A DNA stretch of 64,000 nucleotides. Origin: the human T2T-CHM13v2.0 reference genome, Homo sapiens. The position numbers were made by a program, and so were the translations under genes. Positions within the stretch are counted from its first letter, which is position 1. Each line of letters begins with the position of its first letter. Below are positions 1 through 25,022 of the stretch, piece after piece. The stretch lies in NCBI RefSeq assembly GCF_009914755.1, contig NC_060931.1, one strand, 5' to 3'. The notes under the pieces were generated by a model. The model saw only the letters and a list, made by a program, of their open reading frames with translations, was not told the origin of the DNA and ran no database searches.

Positions 1-285
<285 letters not shown>

Positions 286-350
286 TCAAAAAAGCAAAAA
301 ACAAAAATTAGCCAGGCGTGGTGATACGTGACTGTAGTCCCAGCTACTTA

Positions 351-449
<99 letters not shown>

Positions 450-562
450 TCATCTCAAAGAAAAAAAAAAGCACAACAACAATAGCTGGGTACAGTGGCC
501 CACACCTGTAATCCCAGCACTTTGGGAGACTGAGGCAGGCAGATATTTGAAGCCAGGAGTTA

Positions 563-742
<180 letters not shown>

Positions 743-1227
743 CTAGGCAACAGAGTGATACACCACCTCAACAAATAAAAAAATTAAATTAAATTAAATT
801 TAAAATATTTTAAAAACCAACAATAATGAATAATAAAATAAAGAGAAGTGGCTGATATTGGAGTAGATGAAAGTAGAGGTGCCACCATCAGGGACTTGGA
901 GACTTTCTGTCTGTGCGTGGGATCGACCAGCGGCGAGGTGTTACTACCCTCCCCTGGCTGCCAGGGGAGCCTGGAAGGCAAGACGGATACAGGCCCCTTT
1001 CAACTCAGAGATTTGACTTCCTCCTTCCCTCTTGTTTACAAGGGGCTACCAGAACTTCCAAGAGCTACAAATGGTGATGTTGACATGAAACACCTGCTTT
1101 CAATTTTTTAAACATTTTAAATTAAGCTCTTTAAGTTTGTAATAAAAAAAAACTAGGGTTTCGGGGTAGGGTGTGGTGGCTCACGCCTGTAATCCCAGCA
1201 CCGTGGGAGGCTGAGGTGGGTGGATCA

Positions 1228-1598
<371 letters not shown>

Positions 1599-2370
1599 TT
1601 ACGTACTCGTGAATATTTGCAGGGTACATCGCCTGAGGACTAGGAGCAGGTGACTGATTTGTATTGCAGCTGAAACTGTGGAAAGAGGGTGGAGGGTGAC
1701 CGAGGGCACGTTTTTAGGTGTGATGCTGTTGATGAAAACTCATCTAGAATGTTGGACACAACTGAGAAAACACCATCAGCTGGATGTGGTGGCTCATGCC
1801 CGTAATCCCAGCACTTTGGGAGGCTGAGGCAAGAGGATCACCTGAGGTCAGGAGTTTGAGACCAGCCTGACCAACATGGTGAATGAACCCCTGTCTCTAC
1901 TAAAAATACAAAATTAGTCAGGTGTGGTGGCGGGTGCCTGTAATCCCAGCTACTCAGAAGGCTGAGGCAGGAGAATCGCTTGAACCCAGAGAGGCCGAGG
2001 TTGCAGTGAGCCAAGATTGTGCCACTGCACTCTAGTCTGGGCAACAGAGAGAGATTCCATCTCAAAAAAAAAAAAAAAGGGAAAGAAAAGAAAAAAAGAA
2101 AGAAAGAAAAAACACCATCACCACTACCACCGCCCTGGGACGACAAAGGCGATTGTAATCCAGGTTTAGGAGATGGCCCTTGTCAGGCTGCCTGGGCGGC
2201 TGTAGGTGCGGTGGATACCGGTAAGCACTGTACCATACTGCATCCAAAAATATTTAACTACGTCTCTACCAGTCGTTAAATAGATGCTGCTCCATCTCTC
2301 CCCACGCCCCAAAATCTGCCTCTTCTGGCCCCTCTCTAGGGATCTCCTGGAGCTTCTTAAAATCCAGCTG

Positions 2371-2667
2371 CTAAAGGGCTAAGTCTGGCATAGCTGGGGT
2401 CCAGGACCTTGTTTCAGAGTTAAAGCTGGTATCCGTTGTTAGACATTTTGAATATTGCCCCTGCTTATACCGATGACTGTAATATGTGTTGGCAGAGACA
2501 TCTGGAAGGAGCTCTGCCATGGCAATGCTTGAAGGCTGATCCACTGAATATGAGAGTGAGTTCTGGTACATGGGAGGGGGGGCCATGGCATGAAACCCGT
2601 TCCTAGACATCGAAATTTGATTTATTAACATTGGCAGCAGATACGGGCCATCTTGCCAACAAACTTT
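2371..2667 (-). pseudogene. Last coding exon (KVCWQDGPYLLPMLINQIS..WTPAMPDLAL*)
   Basis: tttcaatttcag| acceptor; 98 open codons of non-repeat sequence ending in TAG (ORF track 2371..2685). Confidence 0.6.
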
Positions 2668-3468
2668 CTGAAATTGAAATCGCATGAAACTTTCCTAGTT
2701 CCTGCTAGTGCCACATACGCCCTTTTCTTTCTAAGGCAGCAAATTCACTTAAAAATAATTAAGAAAAGATTGATGGGATTTTGGAATTGTAATGAAAAAT
2801 ATGATCTCATTAGTAAGTCATGAGTCAGGGCCAGGCACTCTGTCAGATGTACGCACTTCTGCATAATTAGAAGCTGATGCAAGGAGAACTAATAATGGCA
2901 TGAATTAAAAAATTAAAATGGTTTCCCTTTATACTTTTTTGGCTGTGCTGAAATTCTTCCTTTTGCAAAGATTCAGAAAGAGATCTCTTTCAAAAGACCC
3001 TATCACATGCAACTGAGTTGATGAAAAAGAAAATGGCGGTGAAAGAATGGAAAGGGAGGCTGGGGGTGTGGCTCATGCCTGTAATCCCAGCACTTCGGAG
3101 GCCAAGGTGGGTGGATCACCTGAGGTCAGGAGTTCGAGACCAGCCTGACCAATATGATGAAACCCTGTCTACTACTAAAAATACAAAAATTAGCCAGGCG
3201 TGGTGGTGTGAGCCTTTAGTTCCAGCTACTTAGGAGGCTGAGACAGGAGAATCGCTTGAACCCGGGGAAGGCGGAGGTTGCAGTGAGCCGTGATCGCGCC
3301 ATTGCACTCCATTTTGGATGACAGAGTGAGATTCCATCTCAAAAAAAAAAAAAGAATTGAAAGGGCTAAATGGATTTCCACTAAATCCGCCGGGAATTCT
3401 CATTTAGGCCACCAGTCCAGGGTGAGAACTGCTGTAATTCACTTGTCTTCAAGAGGGTAAATACATAC

Positions 3469-3562
3469 CTGAGGGGGATAGGTTTTGAAAAGAGCCACTA
3501 GACGAATCATGTAAATGTCACATAATCTCTGACTTAACCACAGAATGAATAAAACAGTTACC
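3469..3562 (-). pseudogene. Penultimate exon (VTVLFILWLSQRLCDIYMIRLVALFKTYPPQ)
   Basis: ctgcttctgcag| ... CAG|gtatgt; 94 bp, phase 2->0, open and in frame with the last exon. Confidence 0.6.
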
Positions 3563-3575
3563 CTGCAGAAGCAGC

Positions 3576-3623
3576 ATTCATGCTTTTCGAGGCTGTAGTA
3601 TTCATGCTTTTCGAGGCTGCAGT
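3576..3623. repeat. 24-bp tandem duplication
   Basis: attcatgcttttcgaggctg(t/c)agt x2. Confidence 0.93.
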
Positions 3624-4156
3624 GAGTTTGGAGTGAGACACAGCGGGCAGCACCCTTATCTCTGCCGCTTTGAGTGGGGTGACCCTGACTGACTGAATTA
3701 GTTTAAGCCGTGATTTACTCATTTGTAAAATGAGAATAAGGAAACTAGCCTCTCAGGTTTAGTACAAGAATGAAATCACATAACATTCAGAGGGCAGGCA
3801 TTCATTAAAAATTATTTATCCCTTCATGAAAAATATTGCAGAGGAAACAAACAAACAAATAAAATGTATCTCCCCCCCCACCTTTTTTTTTTGAGACAGA
3901 GTCTCACTCTATCGCCCAGGCTGGAGTGCAGTGGCGTGATCTGGGCTCACCGCAACCTCCGCCTCCCAGATTCAAGCGATTCTCCTGCCTCAGCCTTCTG
4001 AGTAGCTGGGATTACAGGTGCGCGTCACCACCTCTGGCTAATTTTTGTATTTTTAGTAGAGACGGGGTTTCACCATGTTGGTCAGGCTGGTCTCAAACTC
4101 CTGACCTTGTGATCTGCCCGCCTCGGCCTCCCAGAGTGCTGGGATTACAGGCGTGA

Positions 4157-4390
<234 letters not shown>

Positions 4391-4508
4391 TGAACTCCTG
4401 AGCTCAAGCTATCCTCCTGCTTTGGTCTCCCAGAGTGCTGGGATTACAGGCGTGAGCCAGTGTGCCCTGCCATCCTTTCCCTTTTCTTTAGGTACCTTAC
4501 TTTGTTGA

Positions 4509-4835
<327 letters not shown>

Positions 4836-5418
4836 TGAAGTGATCCCCTGGCCTCAGCCTCCCAAAGTGCTGGGATTACAGGCATGAGCCACCGCACCTG
4901 GCGAAGGTCTTGACCATTAAGTGAGGAGATTAAACTTCCTTTGGTTGGGAGTCATGGAAGATTTTGGAGCAGGTAAATGACAGAGATTCATTTTGAAGTA
5001 GTGCCTACAAAATGACATGGAGGCAGAAGAAACAGTGGGAAGACTGTAGTCCAGGAAAGAAATCATGGAGGCCTGAATGGGATGATGGTAATGGACATAG
5101 CAGGGAAAAGGGAGATAAGAGACGTAGTTGAAGCAGACGCTATGGGACCTGGGAACTGAGAAACACCCAGGCCCTCATAAGCTCCCCAGAGAGATGGAAT
5201 CTGATGCTAATGTCACTCTTCCAGACATTATCCCAAAAGAGTTGGAACCTGCTGGGAACCTGATGCTAGGCCAGGTAATTCCACTGCATTTCCCATCCCT
5301 GTCCTCTCCACCACCCAGAATGTGCACCCTCTCTCTGTCTCCTGCTGGTGTCGCTTCCCTTCCCTTGACGTGCTTCCCGTCAGGACCCCTCCTCTCTTTC
5401 CACAGAGTCTTCTGGCTA

Positions 5419-5777
<359 letters not shown>

Positions 5778-5782
5778 AAAAC

Positions 5783-5848
5783 CTGTTTTTAGTGGAAGGC
5801 TCCCTCCAGAGCTGTGCTGCATGGCGGTGGTTTGTTGATAGAAACTCC
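5783..5848 (-). pseudogene. Possible exon remnant 14 (EFLSTNHRHAAQLWREPSTKN)
   Basis: ccttgtgcag| acceptor, 66 bp symmetric; weak donor gtttta lying inside an Alu TSD. Confidence 0.35.
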
Positions 5849-5881
5849 CTGCACAAGGACTTCAAATCAGTATCCTGTTAG

Positions 5882-6177
<296 letters not shown>

Positions 6178-6813
6178 TGATCTGCCCGCCTCGGCCTCCC
6201 AAAGTGCTGGGATTACAGGCGTGAGCCACCACGCTTGGCCAAATCCCACACACTCTTGCACAGTTTTTCTTTCTGTTTCATTACTTCTCACCTCTCCTCC
6301 ACGCCGTCTACCCAAGTCCTGGTCACGGCCATATTTATTGAAGGTTCTGGCATGGGTCGTGGCAGTCTTTCATTCTAGCCCACGTCCCCATCATCCTCAG
6401 TGACTGCAGTGCCCATTTGAATAATCGGCATAAAACTCTAGTCTCAAGCTTCCTTCACCTCCAGCTCTGAGTCTTCACCTCCTTTCTCCTTGCTCCACCT
6501 GTTCCAATGGTACACCTAAGCCTTGCCATTGCTAGGACTACAGATCCGTATCAGAAATACATTCTTGGCTGGGTGCAGAGGCTTGCACCTGTGATCCTAG
6601 CACTTTGGGAGGTCGAGGCATTGGGATGCTTGAGCTCAGGAGGTTGAGACACTGTCTCTACAAAAAAATACATAAATTGGCCAAGACTGGTGGCTCACAC
6701 CTGTAATCCCAGCACTTTGGGAGGCCGAGGAGGGCGGATCACCTGAGGTCGGGAGTTCAAGACCAGCCTGACTGACATGGAGAAACCCTGTCTCTACTAA
6801 AAATACAAAATTA

Positions 6814-6948
<135 letters not shown>

Positions 6949-7214
6949 TCAAAAAAAAAAAAAAAAAAAATACAAAAATTAGCGGGGCATGGTGGCATGA
7001 GCCCGTAGTCCCAGCTACTTGGGAGGCTGAGGCAGGAGGTTGGCTTGAACCCAGGAGGTGAAGGTTGCTGTGAGTTGGGATCGCGCCACTGCACGAGCCA
7101 GTTTTGAGCCAGACCCTGTCTCCAAACAACAACAACAACCAAAAAAAAGAAAAAAAGAAAAAACCTCTCAAACTCCACCTTCTCATTTTTCAGTTCCTTC
7201 AGGCTACCACCACC

Positions 7215-11030
<3,816 letters not shown>

Positions 11031-11866
11031 GCCGGGTGGTGGCTCACGCCTGTAATCCCAGCACTTTGGGAGGCCGAGTCGGGGGGAATCACTTGAGGCC
11101 AGGAGATCGAGACCATCCTGGCCAACATGATGAAACCCCGCCTCTACTAAAAATACAAAACTTAGCCGGGCATGGTGGCGGGCGCCTGTAGTCCCAGCTA
11201 CTCAGGAGGCTGAGGCAGGAGAATCGCCTGAACCTGGGGAAGGCGGAGGTTGCAGTCAGCCGAAATTGTGCCACTGCACTCCAGCCTGGCGACAGAGTGA
11301 GACTCCGTCTCAAAAAAATTAAAAAAAAGAGTCATTTGTCTCCTGGAAGAGCTCAGGAAATGTTAGAATCTCTCCTTTGCTTCTCTCCCTCTTGCTGTGC
11401 TGTTCCTATTACATTGTAATTATTTGTTTACATGTCTGTTCCACCTTCCCAAGTGAGTTATGTGAGGGAAGGCTTCATGTCACGTCATCTGGTATCCTCA
11501 GAAGATAGCAACGTGCCTGGCACATAGTGGGTGAATAAATGGACTCTAGTCCTGTTTCATAAATAGTAATTGAATGAATCTGAAAAAAATCAATCTCTAT
11601 AGGCAAAAACTCAATGCCATATATCTATGGAATTTTTGCTTTAATTATGGTTAATGATGCTTTAACTGATCCTTGATTGGCCCAAATGATTAGAAAACAG
11701 TCATAAACAGTGGCTCATGGCTGTAATCCCAGCACTCTGGGTGGCTGAAAGAGGTGGATCACTTGAGGTCAGGAGTTTGAGGCCAGCCTGGCCAACGTGG
11801 TGAAACCCTGTATCTACTAAAAATGCAAAAATTAGCCAGGTGTGGAGGTGGGCACCTGTAATTCTA

Positions 11867-12055
<189 letters not shown>

Positions 12056-12059
12056 TTAC

Positions 12060-12515
<456 letters not shown>

Positions 12516-12801
12516 CTGGAAAACACAACATGTGGATTCAGCTTTAAGGCTGAAGAGCATCCAACACTCTGGTCAGTCATGTGTCCTGGATGGAGATGGG
12601 AGCTCTGAATGCTTCTTTCCTTAATTTAGCAAAATAAGAGGACAGAAAGAAATATTTATCAGGATTACAACCGCCACTATTTATTGAGTCAGACACTGTT
12701 AATCATTTACGTGCATTGTTGCATTTTTGCACTCTTGACAACATTTCTATGAGAGAGATACTACATTGTTCCCATTGCTGAGGTTAGGAAGTAAAGGCTG
12801 A

Positions 12802-14449
<1,648 letters not shown>

Positions 14450-14879
14450 TAAAGCAGGTGCTTTTAACCACTATTCCAAATTCCCAAATGTACAGACCAC
14501 GGCATTGTCTGAACTGGAAGGCATGGTCAAAACTTTAGTCTGAATTATTAAAATCTTATTGAAGAATTTAATAACTGAGGAAAATAAGCAGAGAAAATAT
14601 TTCTGGACAAAGGGACCAATTTGTTGCTTCTAAAATTATATCGCATGATATTTTGTTTACTAATATTTGAATTTGGCAATTGTGAGGCTAAGAAAATGGA
14701 AATGGGGCTGGGAGCTGTGGCTCATGCCTGTAATCCCAGCACTTTGGGAGGCAGAGGTGAGCAGACCACAAGTTCAGGAGTTCGAGACCAGCCTGGCCAA
14801 CATAGTGAAACCCCGTCTCTACTAAAAATGCAAAAATTACCCGAGCATGGTGGCGTGCACTTGTAGTACCAGCTACTCA

Positions 14880-15026
<147 letters not shown>

Positions 15027-15036
15027 TTAGGGGAGC

Positions 15037-15719
<683 letters not shown>

Positions 15720-16193
15720 CTCATCAAGGTGGGAGTGGAAACTGCTGCAGAGAAGAATCCCATTTGTGTTTGTGCTCTTACCCAGGGCTGGGATGTGAGG
15801 CCCCTCCTCAGTTTTTAACAGGACAAGGCCAGAAATGTATCAAGAATCATTCATTCTTCTGCAGCAAAACAAACCTCCCACTGCTCCCTGGAGAACAAGA
15901 CAGTTTCAGAAGGGAAAAGATAAGAGTTCTTCTGAGCTTTCAAAGAACTTAATAGGGAGGCAAAAAAGAAAACAAACAAACAGAAAAACAATGCTTTCAT
16001 AAAGTGAAGGAAAAAAATCTCTGGCTAATCTGATTGTTAAAGTGATTGTACCGAAATAAAAAATCTCTCAAACAGGCCGGGCACGGTGGCTCACGCCTGT
16101 AATCCCAGCACCTTGGGAGGCCGAGGCGGGTGGATCACGAGGTCAGGAGATCGAGACCATCCTGGCTAATACGGTGAAACCCCGTCTCCATTA

Positions 16194-16458
<265 letters not shown>

Positions 16459-16995
16459 TTAATTATAGGTTAACAATGGTGCGTTCATACGGTGTTTGCT
16501 TGCTTGAAGAAGTTGCTTTATAATTAATATAGTATTAGCATATAATTTGAAACAACTGGCTGGGTGCGGTGGCTCACGCCTGTCATCCCAGAACTTTGGG
16601 AGGCCGAGGCGGACAGATCACCTGAGGTCAGGAGTTCGAGACCACCTGGTCAACATGGTGAAACCCCGTCTCCACTAAAAATACGAAAATTAGCCGGGTG
16701 TGGAGGTGCATGCCTGTAGTCCCAGCTCCTCGGGAGGCTGGGCAACAAGAGCGAAACTCCATCTCAAAAACAAAACAAAACAAAACAAAATTTTAAAAAA
16801 AGCATGAAAGATGTAATTTTTTAAATAAATAAAATTAAAAATAATTGCCTGTTGCTCAGGCTGGAGTGCAGTGGTGCAATCTCCACTCACTGCAACCTTC
16901 GCCTCTATGGCAAGAACTTCGGAAGGGCACAAGTCATATTGCATAATGAGCGTGACAAGCCTCAGCTTGTTTATGCCAATATTTCTGACACTCAC

Positions 16996-17103
16996 TTGAC
17001 CATGGAGGTTTCTGTGAAGGCCACAGCCAGGTACCCAGTAGGCCATTAGTGAGCATCTGTGGTGAACAAATGAACCTTGCAGGCCACACACTGGGAGATG
17101 CTG
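16996..17103 (-). pseudogene. Exon remnant 12 (NSISQCVACKVHLFTTDAH*WPTGYLAVAFTETSMV)
   Basis: ctctgccttacag| ... CAA|gtgagt; 108 bp, phase 2->2; TAA at 17048-17046 just before the conserved W. Confidence 0.75.
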
Positions 17104-17709
17104 CTGTAAGGCAGAGGATGGTCTACGATAATATTACATACAAAATGCAGGAGATACTCTTTTGAATAGGTGGCGTCTTACTACTCCTTCAAGCCACATA
17201 CAAGGTTAGCATCCCCACCAAGTCAGCCCTACTTTGTATAGGCTCAGTTTCACTGAATGGAAACTCCTTGAGGGAAGGGATTAATGAATGCTTACTGGAT
17301 GAATAAATTAACAAACGAATATCAGAATTGCTTGAACCTGGGAGGTGGAGGTTGCAGTGAGCCAAGATCACTCCAGCCTGGGGGACAAGAGCGAGACTTT
17401 GTCTGAAAAAAACAAAAAAAAAGTAAAAAAAAAAGTAAGCATGTTGGGCAGTAGGGAGTGGGAACTGAAATGAAAAGCTATGTGTGCTCATATTGGCCAA
17501 CATCTTAAGTAGAATTAGAATAGTACGGTTCCACCAAAGCTGTCTTCTCAGACACTTGATTTAAGGTAGTCTCTTCCTTGAGATGGCATCCATTTCAGGA
17601 CAGAATTAGAATATTAGAGGAACTAAAGTTAATTATTAAAGCCTTAAAAAGTATGGGGCTGGGGCTCACCCTAACCAGTGGCATGGTCTTTATTTTTTTA
17701 TTTAATTAA

Positions 17710-18054
<345 letters not shown>

Positions 18055-19253
18055 TGACCTCAGGGAATCCACCTGCCTTGGCCTCCCAAAGTGTTGGGAT
18101 TACAGGCGTGAGCCACCACACCGGGCTGGCATGGTCTTTATTAACAATGAGGACAGGTGGGGCATGGTGGCTCGGCCTGTAATCCCAGCACTTTGGGAGG
18201 ACAAGGTGGGCGGATTGCATGAGACTAGGAGTTTGAGACCAACTTGAGCAACATGGTGAAACCCCATCTCTACAAAAAAAACAAAAAAAACAAAAATTAT
18301 CCAGGCGTGGTGGCGTGCACCTGTAGTTCTAGCTACTTGGGAGGCTGAGGTGAGAGGATCTTGAGCCCAAGAAGTCGAAGTTGCAGTGAACAGAGATCGT
18401 GCCACTGCACTCCAGCCTGGATGACAGAGCGAGACCCTGTCTCAAAAAATGTATATATAACAACGACGCTGTTATTTCTGTATGGGAGATGTCTCTGTCC
18501 CCAGTCTGCTAGAAGAGAACTGGCCAAAATATATTAATTGAATGAAATAGGAATTACGGGAATTTGGAAATGGAGCTGAAGAAAATGCAGCCAGTGCTAA
18601 TCCAAGGCTAAGTATTCTCCACGGGGAAGATGACTACGTGGGGGTGTGAGTTCCACGAAGACAGAGCAGCCGAGGAGGAAGGAAGGACCAAGGCCAGGCC
18701 TGGATGCCACTGCAGGGAGGGTGGCCTTTTCATTTTCTGTGAGTGTTTCTCATTAGTCAAAAAATGTGCCTGGGTTTGTATCCTCTTGTTTACCAGATGA
18801 AGGGTTGCCCTGGGGGGCCTCTGGGCTCTGGGCTACAGTAATGATTGCGGTGAAGAGGATGACAATTTACATTTCTATGGTTCTCCCTAGAGGACTCAGC
18901 CTGGGGAGGAGTGTTCTGACTACATTTTAGTGTTAGACGATCAGATTAAAATGAAGGTCAGAGAATCTCACAGAATGCGAAAGGGAAGACCGGCTGGAGA
19001 AGTGGGTGGGGAGGATGTTAGGGTGGATTGTTTCTAACCCTCTCTTCCCTCACTGACTCTTTTGCAGGTCAGCACTCCGCCCACCAACTGCCTAGTTCTC
19101 TGCTCACTGCAACCTCCGCCTCCCGGGTTCAAGCAATTCTCCTGCCTCAGCCTCCCAAGTAGCTGTGACTACAGGCGCCCGCCGCCATGCCCGGCTAATT
19201 TTTTTTTTTTTTTTTGTATTGTAGTAGAGGCAGGGTTTCACCGTGTTGCCCGG

Positions 19254-19261
<8 letters not shown>

Positions 19262-19286
<25 letters not shown>

Positions 19287-19287
19287 T
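19262..19287 (+). repeat. (GT)n microsatellite in a duplicated Alu linker
   Basis: Direct reading of the sequence. Confidence 0.9.
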
Positions 19288-19517
19288 GTAGTAGAGGCAG
19301 GGTTTCACCGTGTTGCCCAGGCTGGTCTCAAACTCTTGAGCCCAGGCAATCCGCTTGCCACCGCCTCTCAAAGTCCTGGGATTACAGGCGTGAGCCACCG
19401 CGCCTGGCCTTGGCTTCTTAGTTTGTGGTCATGTTTTTTTCAGGCAAACGCTGAAGTCGTGGCACTTCAACATCAGTGGGAAGGGAGCGCTTTGTAACAA
19501 CAGGGAGGAAAACTGAC

Positions 19518-19676
19518 TTGTAAATACAAGAGCTCAGGAACCCCATGCGGCCACATTTAAATACCAGCGGGAGAAGTAGGGGTGTTCCCTTCTGCTTGGA
19601 CCTCCGCTGCCTCAGCTGGAGAGTCTGTTTGTCCAGCGGACAGAAGAGGGAGAAGTACACAGAGCTGATACAGCTT
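19518..19676 (-). pseudogene. Exon remnant 11 ([52 protein letters not shown])
   Basis: atcag| acceptor (in-phase alternative at 19664), donor AA|gtcagt; phase 2->2, open. F..LDK..L and LSS motifs of the Mab-21 C-lobe. Confidence 0.7.
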
Positions 19677-19707
19677 CTGATCGCGCAAATGAAGAGCCAT
19701 AAATATC

Positions 19708-19887
19708 TTAGCCGGGCGTGGTGGCGCGGGCCCGTACTCCCAGCTCCTGCGGAGGCTGAGGCACAAGAATCGCTTGAACCCAGGAGGCGGAGGTTGCAGT
19801 GAGCTCAGATTGCGCCACTGCACTCCAGCCTGGGTGATAGAGCGAGACTGTCTAAAAAAAAAAAAAAAAAAAAAAAAAGAAGAAGAA
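19708..19887 (+). mobile_element. 5'-truncated Alu (right arm) with 17-bp TSD
   Basis: TSD gaagagcca(t/g)aaatatc at 19691-19707 and 19888-19904. Confidence 0.9.
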
Positions 19888-20543
19888 GAAGAGCCAGAAA
19901 TATCAACATAGAAGGAATTTAGAACAAAGCAAGTCACAAAAACTATAGCAGTCATCTAACCCAGCCTTCCACGGGGTGCAGCTCTCTCCGCTGCCTGTGC
20001 AACCCACGCTTGAAGGCCTTTATTCGGGAGGAATTTAGGAGCTACCTCCCAGGCAGCTCGAGTATGTGATAAAAAGTTCCTTCTTAGATTAGGCCAAAAT
20101 TTACTTCCTGGTAACTTTTACCCTTTGGAGTAATAACAGCGAATCCATTCCTTTTTCCTTCTACACCATTGCCTTCCTACTAGTTGAAGACAGTCCCTAG
20201 TCCCTGTAAACACTCTCTTCTCAGAGGCAGGGAAGCCAGAGGCAGGAAACAGTGGCTCCTGAGTCGGGGCACTCCCTCCCAGCATCCCAACAGGACAAGC
20301 ATCCTGGCCTCTACGTCCTGAGGTCGCGTTGCTGGCCAAAGTCTTTAGGATACGCAAATATAAAACAAATGGTGATAATAACATTTGGACAAAATAGTAT
20401 CGTTTCTTCTCTATTCTTGTCAAACCTCTCAAGTAAAGGTTATATTGTGAAAAATTCTAAACAACGAAGGCAAGGCAAAGATTTGCAAAGTACATGGTAA
20501 AGGTATACTCTCCTTAATGAAGTGGTGTTCAAAAGTTGTTTTA

Positions 20544-20735
<192 letters not shown>

Positions 20736-20756
20736 TTAAGATTTTTTATTTTTTGA

Positions 20757-21244
<488 letters not shown>

Positions 21245-21456
21245 TAGGCTGGTCTCGAACTCCTGACCTCATGATCCGCCCTCCTCGGCCTCTCAAAGTG
21301 CTGGGATTACAGGCATGAGCCACTGCATCTGGCCAATATTTTTTTTTTAAGAGCAGTTTTAGGTTCACAGCAAAATTGACAGGAAGCACCAGAGATTTCC
21401 CATATATCCCTGTCCCCACACACTCACAGTCTCTCCCATTGTCAACCAGAGAGTGA

Positions 21457-21672
<216 letters not shown>

Positions 21673-22175
21673 TAGCCAGGATGGTCTCGATCTCCTGACC
21701 TTGTGATCCGCCCTCCTCGGCCTCCCAAAGTGCTGGGATTACAGGCGTGACCCACCGCACCTGGCTATTTCTTACGATTAATGAGCCCACCCTGACACAT
21801 CATCACCCAAGTCTACAGTTTACGTTCGTGTTCACTCTAGGTGTTTTACTAAATTTAATGGACAAATAAGAGCTAATACTTCTGAAGTGCTTACTGCAAG
21901 CCAAGCACTGTTCTTCGTGTTTTGCATGTGCTATGAAGTAATTTAATTTTTACAATGACTCTATGCATTACCTGATGTCCCCACTTTACAGACAGGGACA
22001 CTGTTTGAGATTGGTTACTTGTTTGAGATCGAACAGCTGATGAATGAGGCAGAAGTGGATGGAGCTCAGGTGGTCTGGTCCAGTCTGTTCCTGTGCTCTT
22101 GACCACCCTGCTGTGCTGTCTCTATGGACGGGGACACAGAAAGAGAAGTCGACAAGGGAAAAGGAGAAATCTCAC

Positions 22176-22233
22176 CAGCAGCTAGGGACATTTAGGGTGA
22201 GGCACTGAGACACTGTCTGTTTTGAACCTTCAA
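22176..22233 (-). pseudogene. Exon remnant 10 (VEGSKQTVSQCLTLNVPSC)
   Basis: atttttttcag| ... CTG|gtgaga; 58 bp, phase 1->2, open. Confidence 0.65.
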
Positions 22234-22467
22234 CTGAAAAAAATCTCATGTTTGTGAAGTCACAGGGAAAAGGCCATTTTCTGTGCTGCCGAAGGCGTTC
22301 CATCATGAAGGACGGGCTAACACCAGGCACCAACAAAATGTGTAGCTCAGGAGTGCTATTTATAAGACCTTGGCGGCGCATGGTGGCTCACGCCTGTAAT
22401 CCCAGCACTTCAGGAGGCTGAGGTGGGCGGATCACTTGAGGTCAGGCATTCGAGACCAGCCTGGTCA

Positions 22468-23779
<1,312 letters not shown>

Positions 23780-25022
23780 TAGGACACATTCTTAAAGTGG
23801 GTGCCAGGCAGTCAACAGAAAAACTTGCTAACATTTTTAATTTTTAATTTTTATTTTTATTTTCAGACAGAGTCTTGCTCTGTTGCCCAGGCTGGAGTGC
23901 AGTGATGCGAGCTTGGCTCAACTGCAACCTCTGCCTCCCGGGTTCAACTGATTCTCCTGCCTCAGCCTCCAGAGTAGCTGGGACTACAGGCACACACCAC
24001 CACGCCTGGCTACTAAAGTTGCTAACATTTTGCCAGACAAGAATTTCAAAAGACACTGGGTGTGGTGTCTCACACCTGTAATCCCAGCACTTTGGGAGGC
24101 CAGGGTGGGAGGATTGCTTGAGGAAGGAGTTCGCCACCAGCCCAGACAACAAAGGGAGACCCCATCTCTACAAAATAAATAAATAAAAAGAATTTCAAAA
24201 GAATTTTTCACACATGGCAATGTGTTTGTGATATGTGGGAAAAAAACAGGTTTCAATGTAAGAATAAATCACTATTTTCTCATTGTTCTGCTGAGAAATG
24301 ATCGTAAAGATTTATGCCAGGCCGGGCACGGTGGCTCATGCCTGTAATGCCAGCACTTTGGGAGGCCGAGGCGGGCAGATCACCTGAGGTTGGGAGTTCG
24401 AGACCAGCCTGTCCAACATGCTGAAACCCCGTCTCTACTAAAAATACAAAAATTAGCCGGGAGTGGTGGAACACGCCTGTATTCCCAGCTACTCGGGAGG
24501 CTGAGGCAGGAGAATCGTTTGAACCTGGTAGGTGGAGGTGCAATGAGCCACAGGCCACTACACTCCAGCCTGGGTGACAGTGCGAGATTCCATCTCAAAA
24601 AAAAAAAAAAAAAAAAAAAAGACATATGCCAAGTTGTAATTAGTGATTATTTCTCAATGAAGTAATGGTGATTTGATTTTCTTCTTTGAGTCTATTGTAT
24701 TTTTTTTCCAAATTCAACACAAAAAAGGTAGTAATAGGAAAGTAAACAGTATTTTTAATTAAAAATAGTAAGCAGAACATTTCAAAATAAAGCACCTATT
24801 GGGACTCTACTGTGAGAAAAATAGCCCATCTCCCATGGCACCTCATTGTCAAAGTCCACAGGGGTCTCTGAAAAATGGTGATTATACTTTTGTCTCACTA
24901 TTAACACACAGATCCCATCAGAATGCAGTCATTTTCTTGTAAAGGAGAAAGTTCTTGGTAAGGAAGCCACAAGTAGAAATAGTTTTCCATTTTCCTTAAA
25001 TTTGTCCTTGAAAGTTTTATAC

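Noticed and set aside
5226-5274. Plus-strand exon-like segment (cttccag|..CAG|gtaatt)
   Set aside because: Isolated, with no consistent plus-strand exon chain or protein similarity.
19518-19676. Superficial resemblance to C2orf42 (SSV..P..KQT..LVxKC)
   Set aside because: Limited to one exon; the Mab-21 pattern explains many exons in order.
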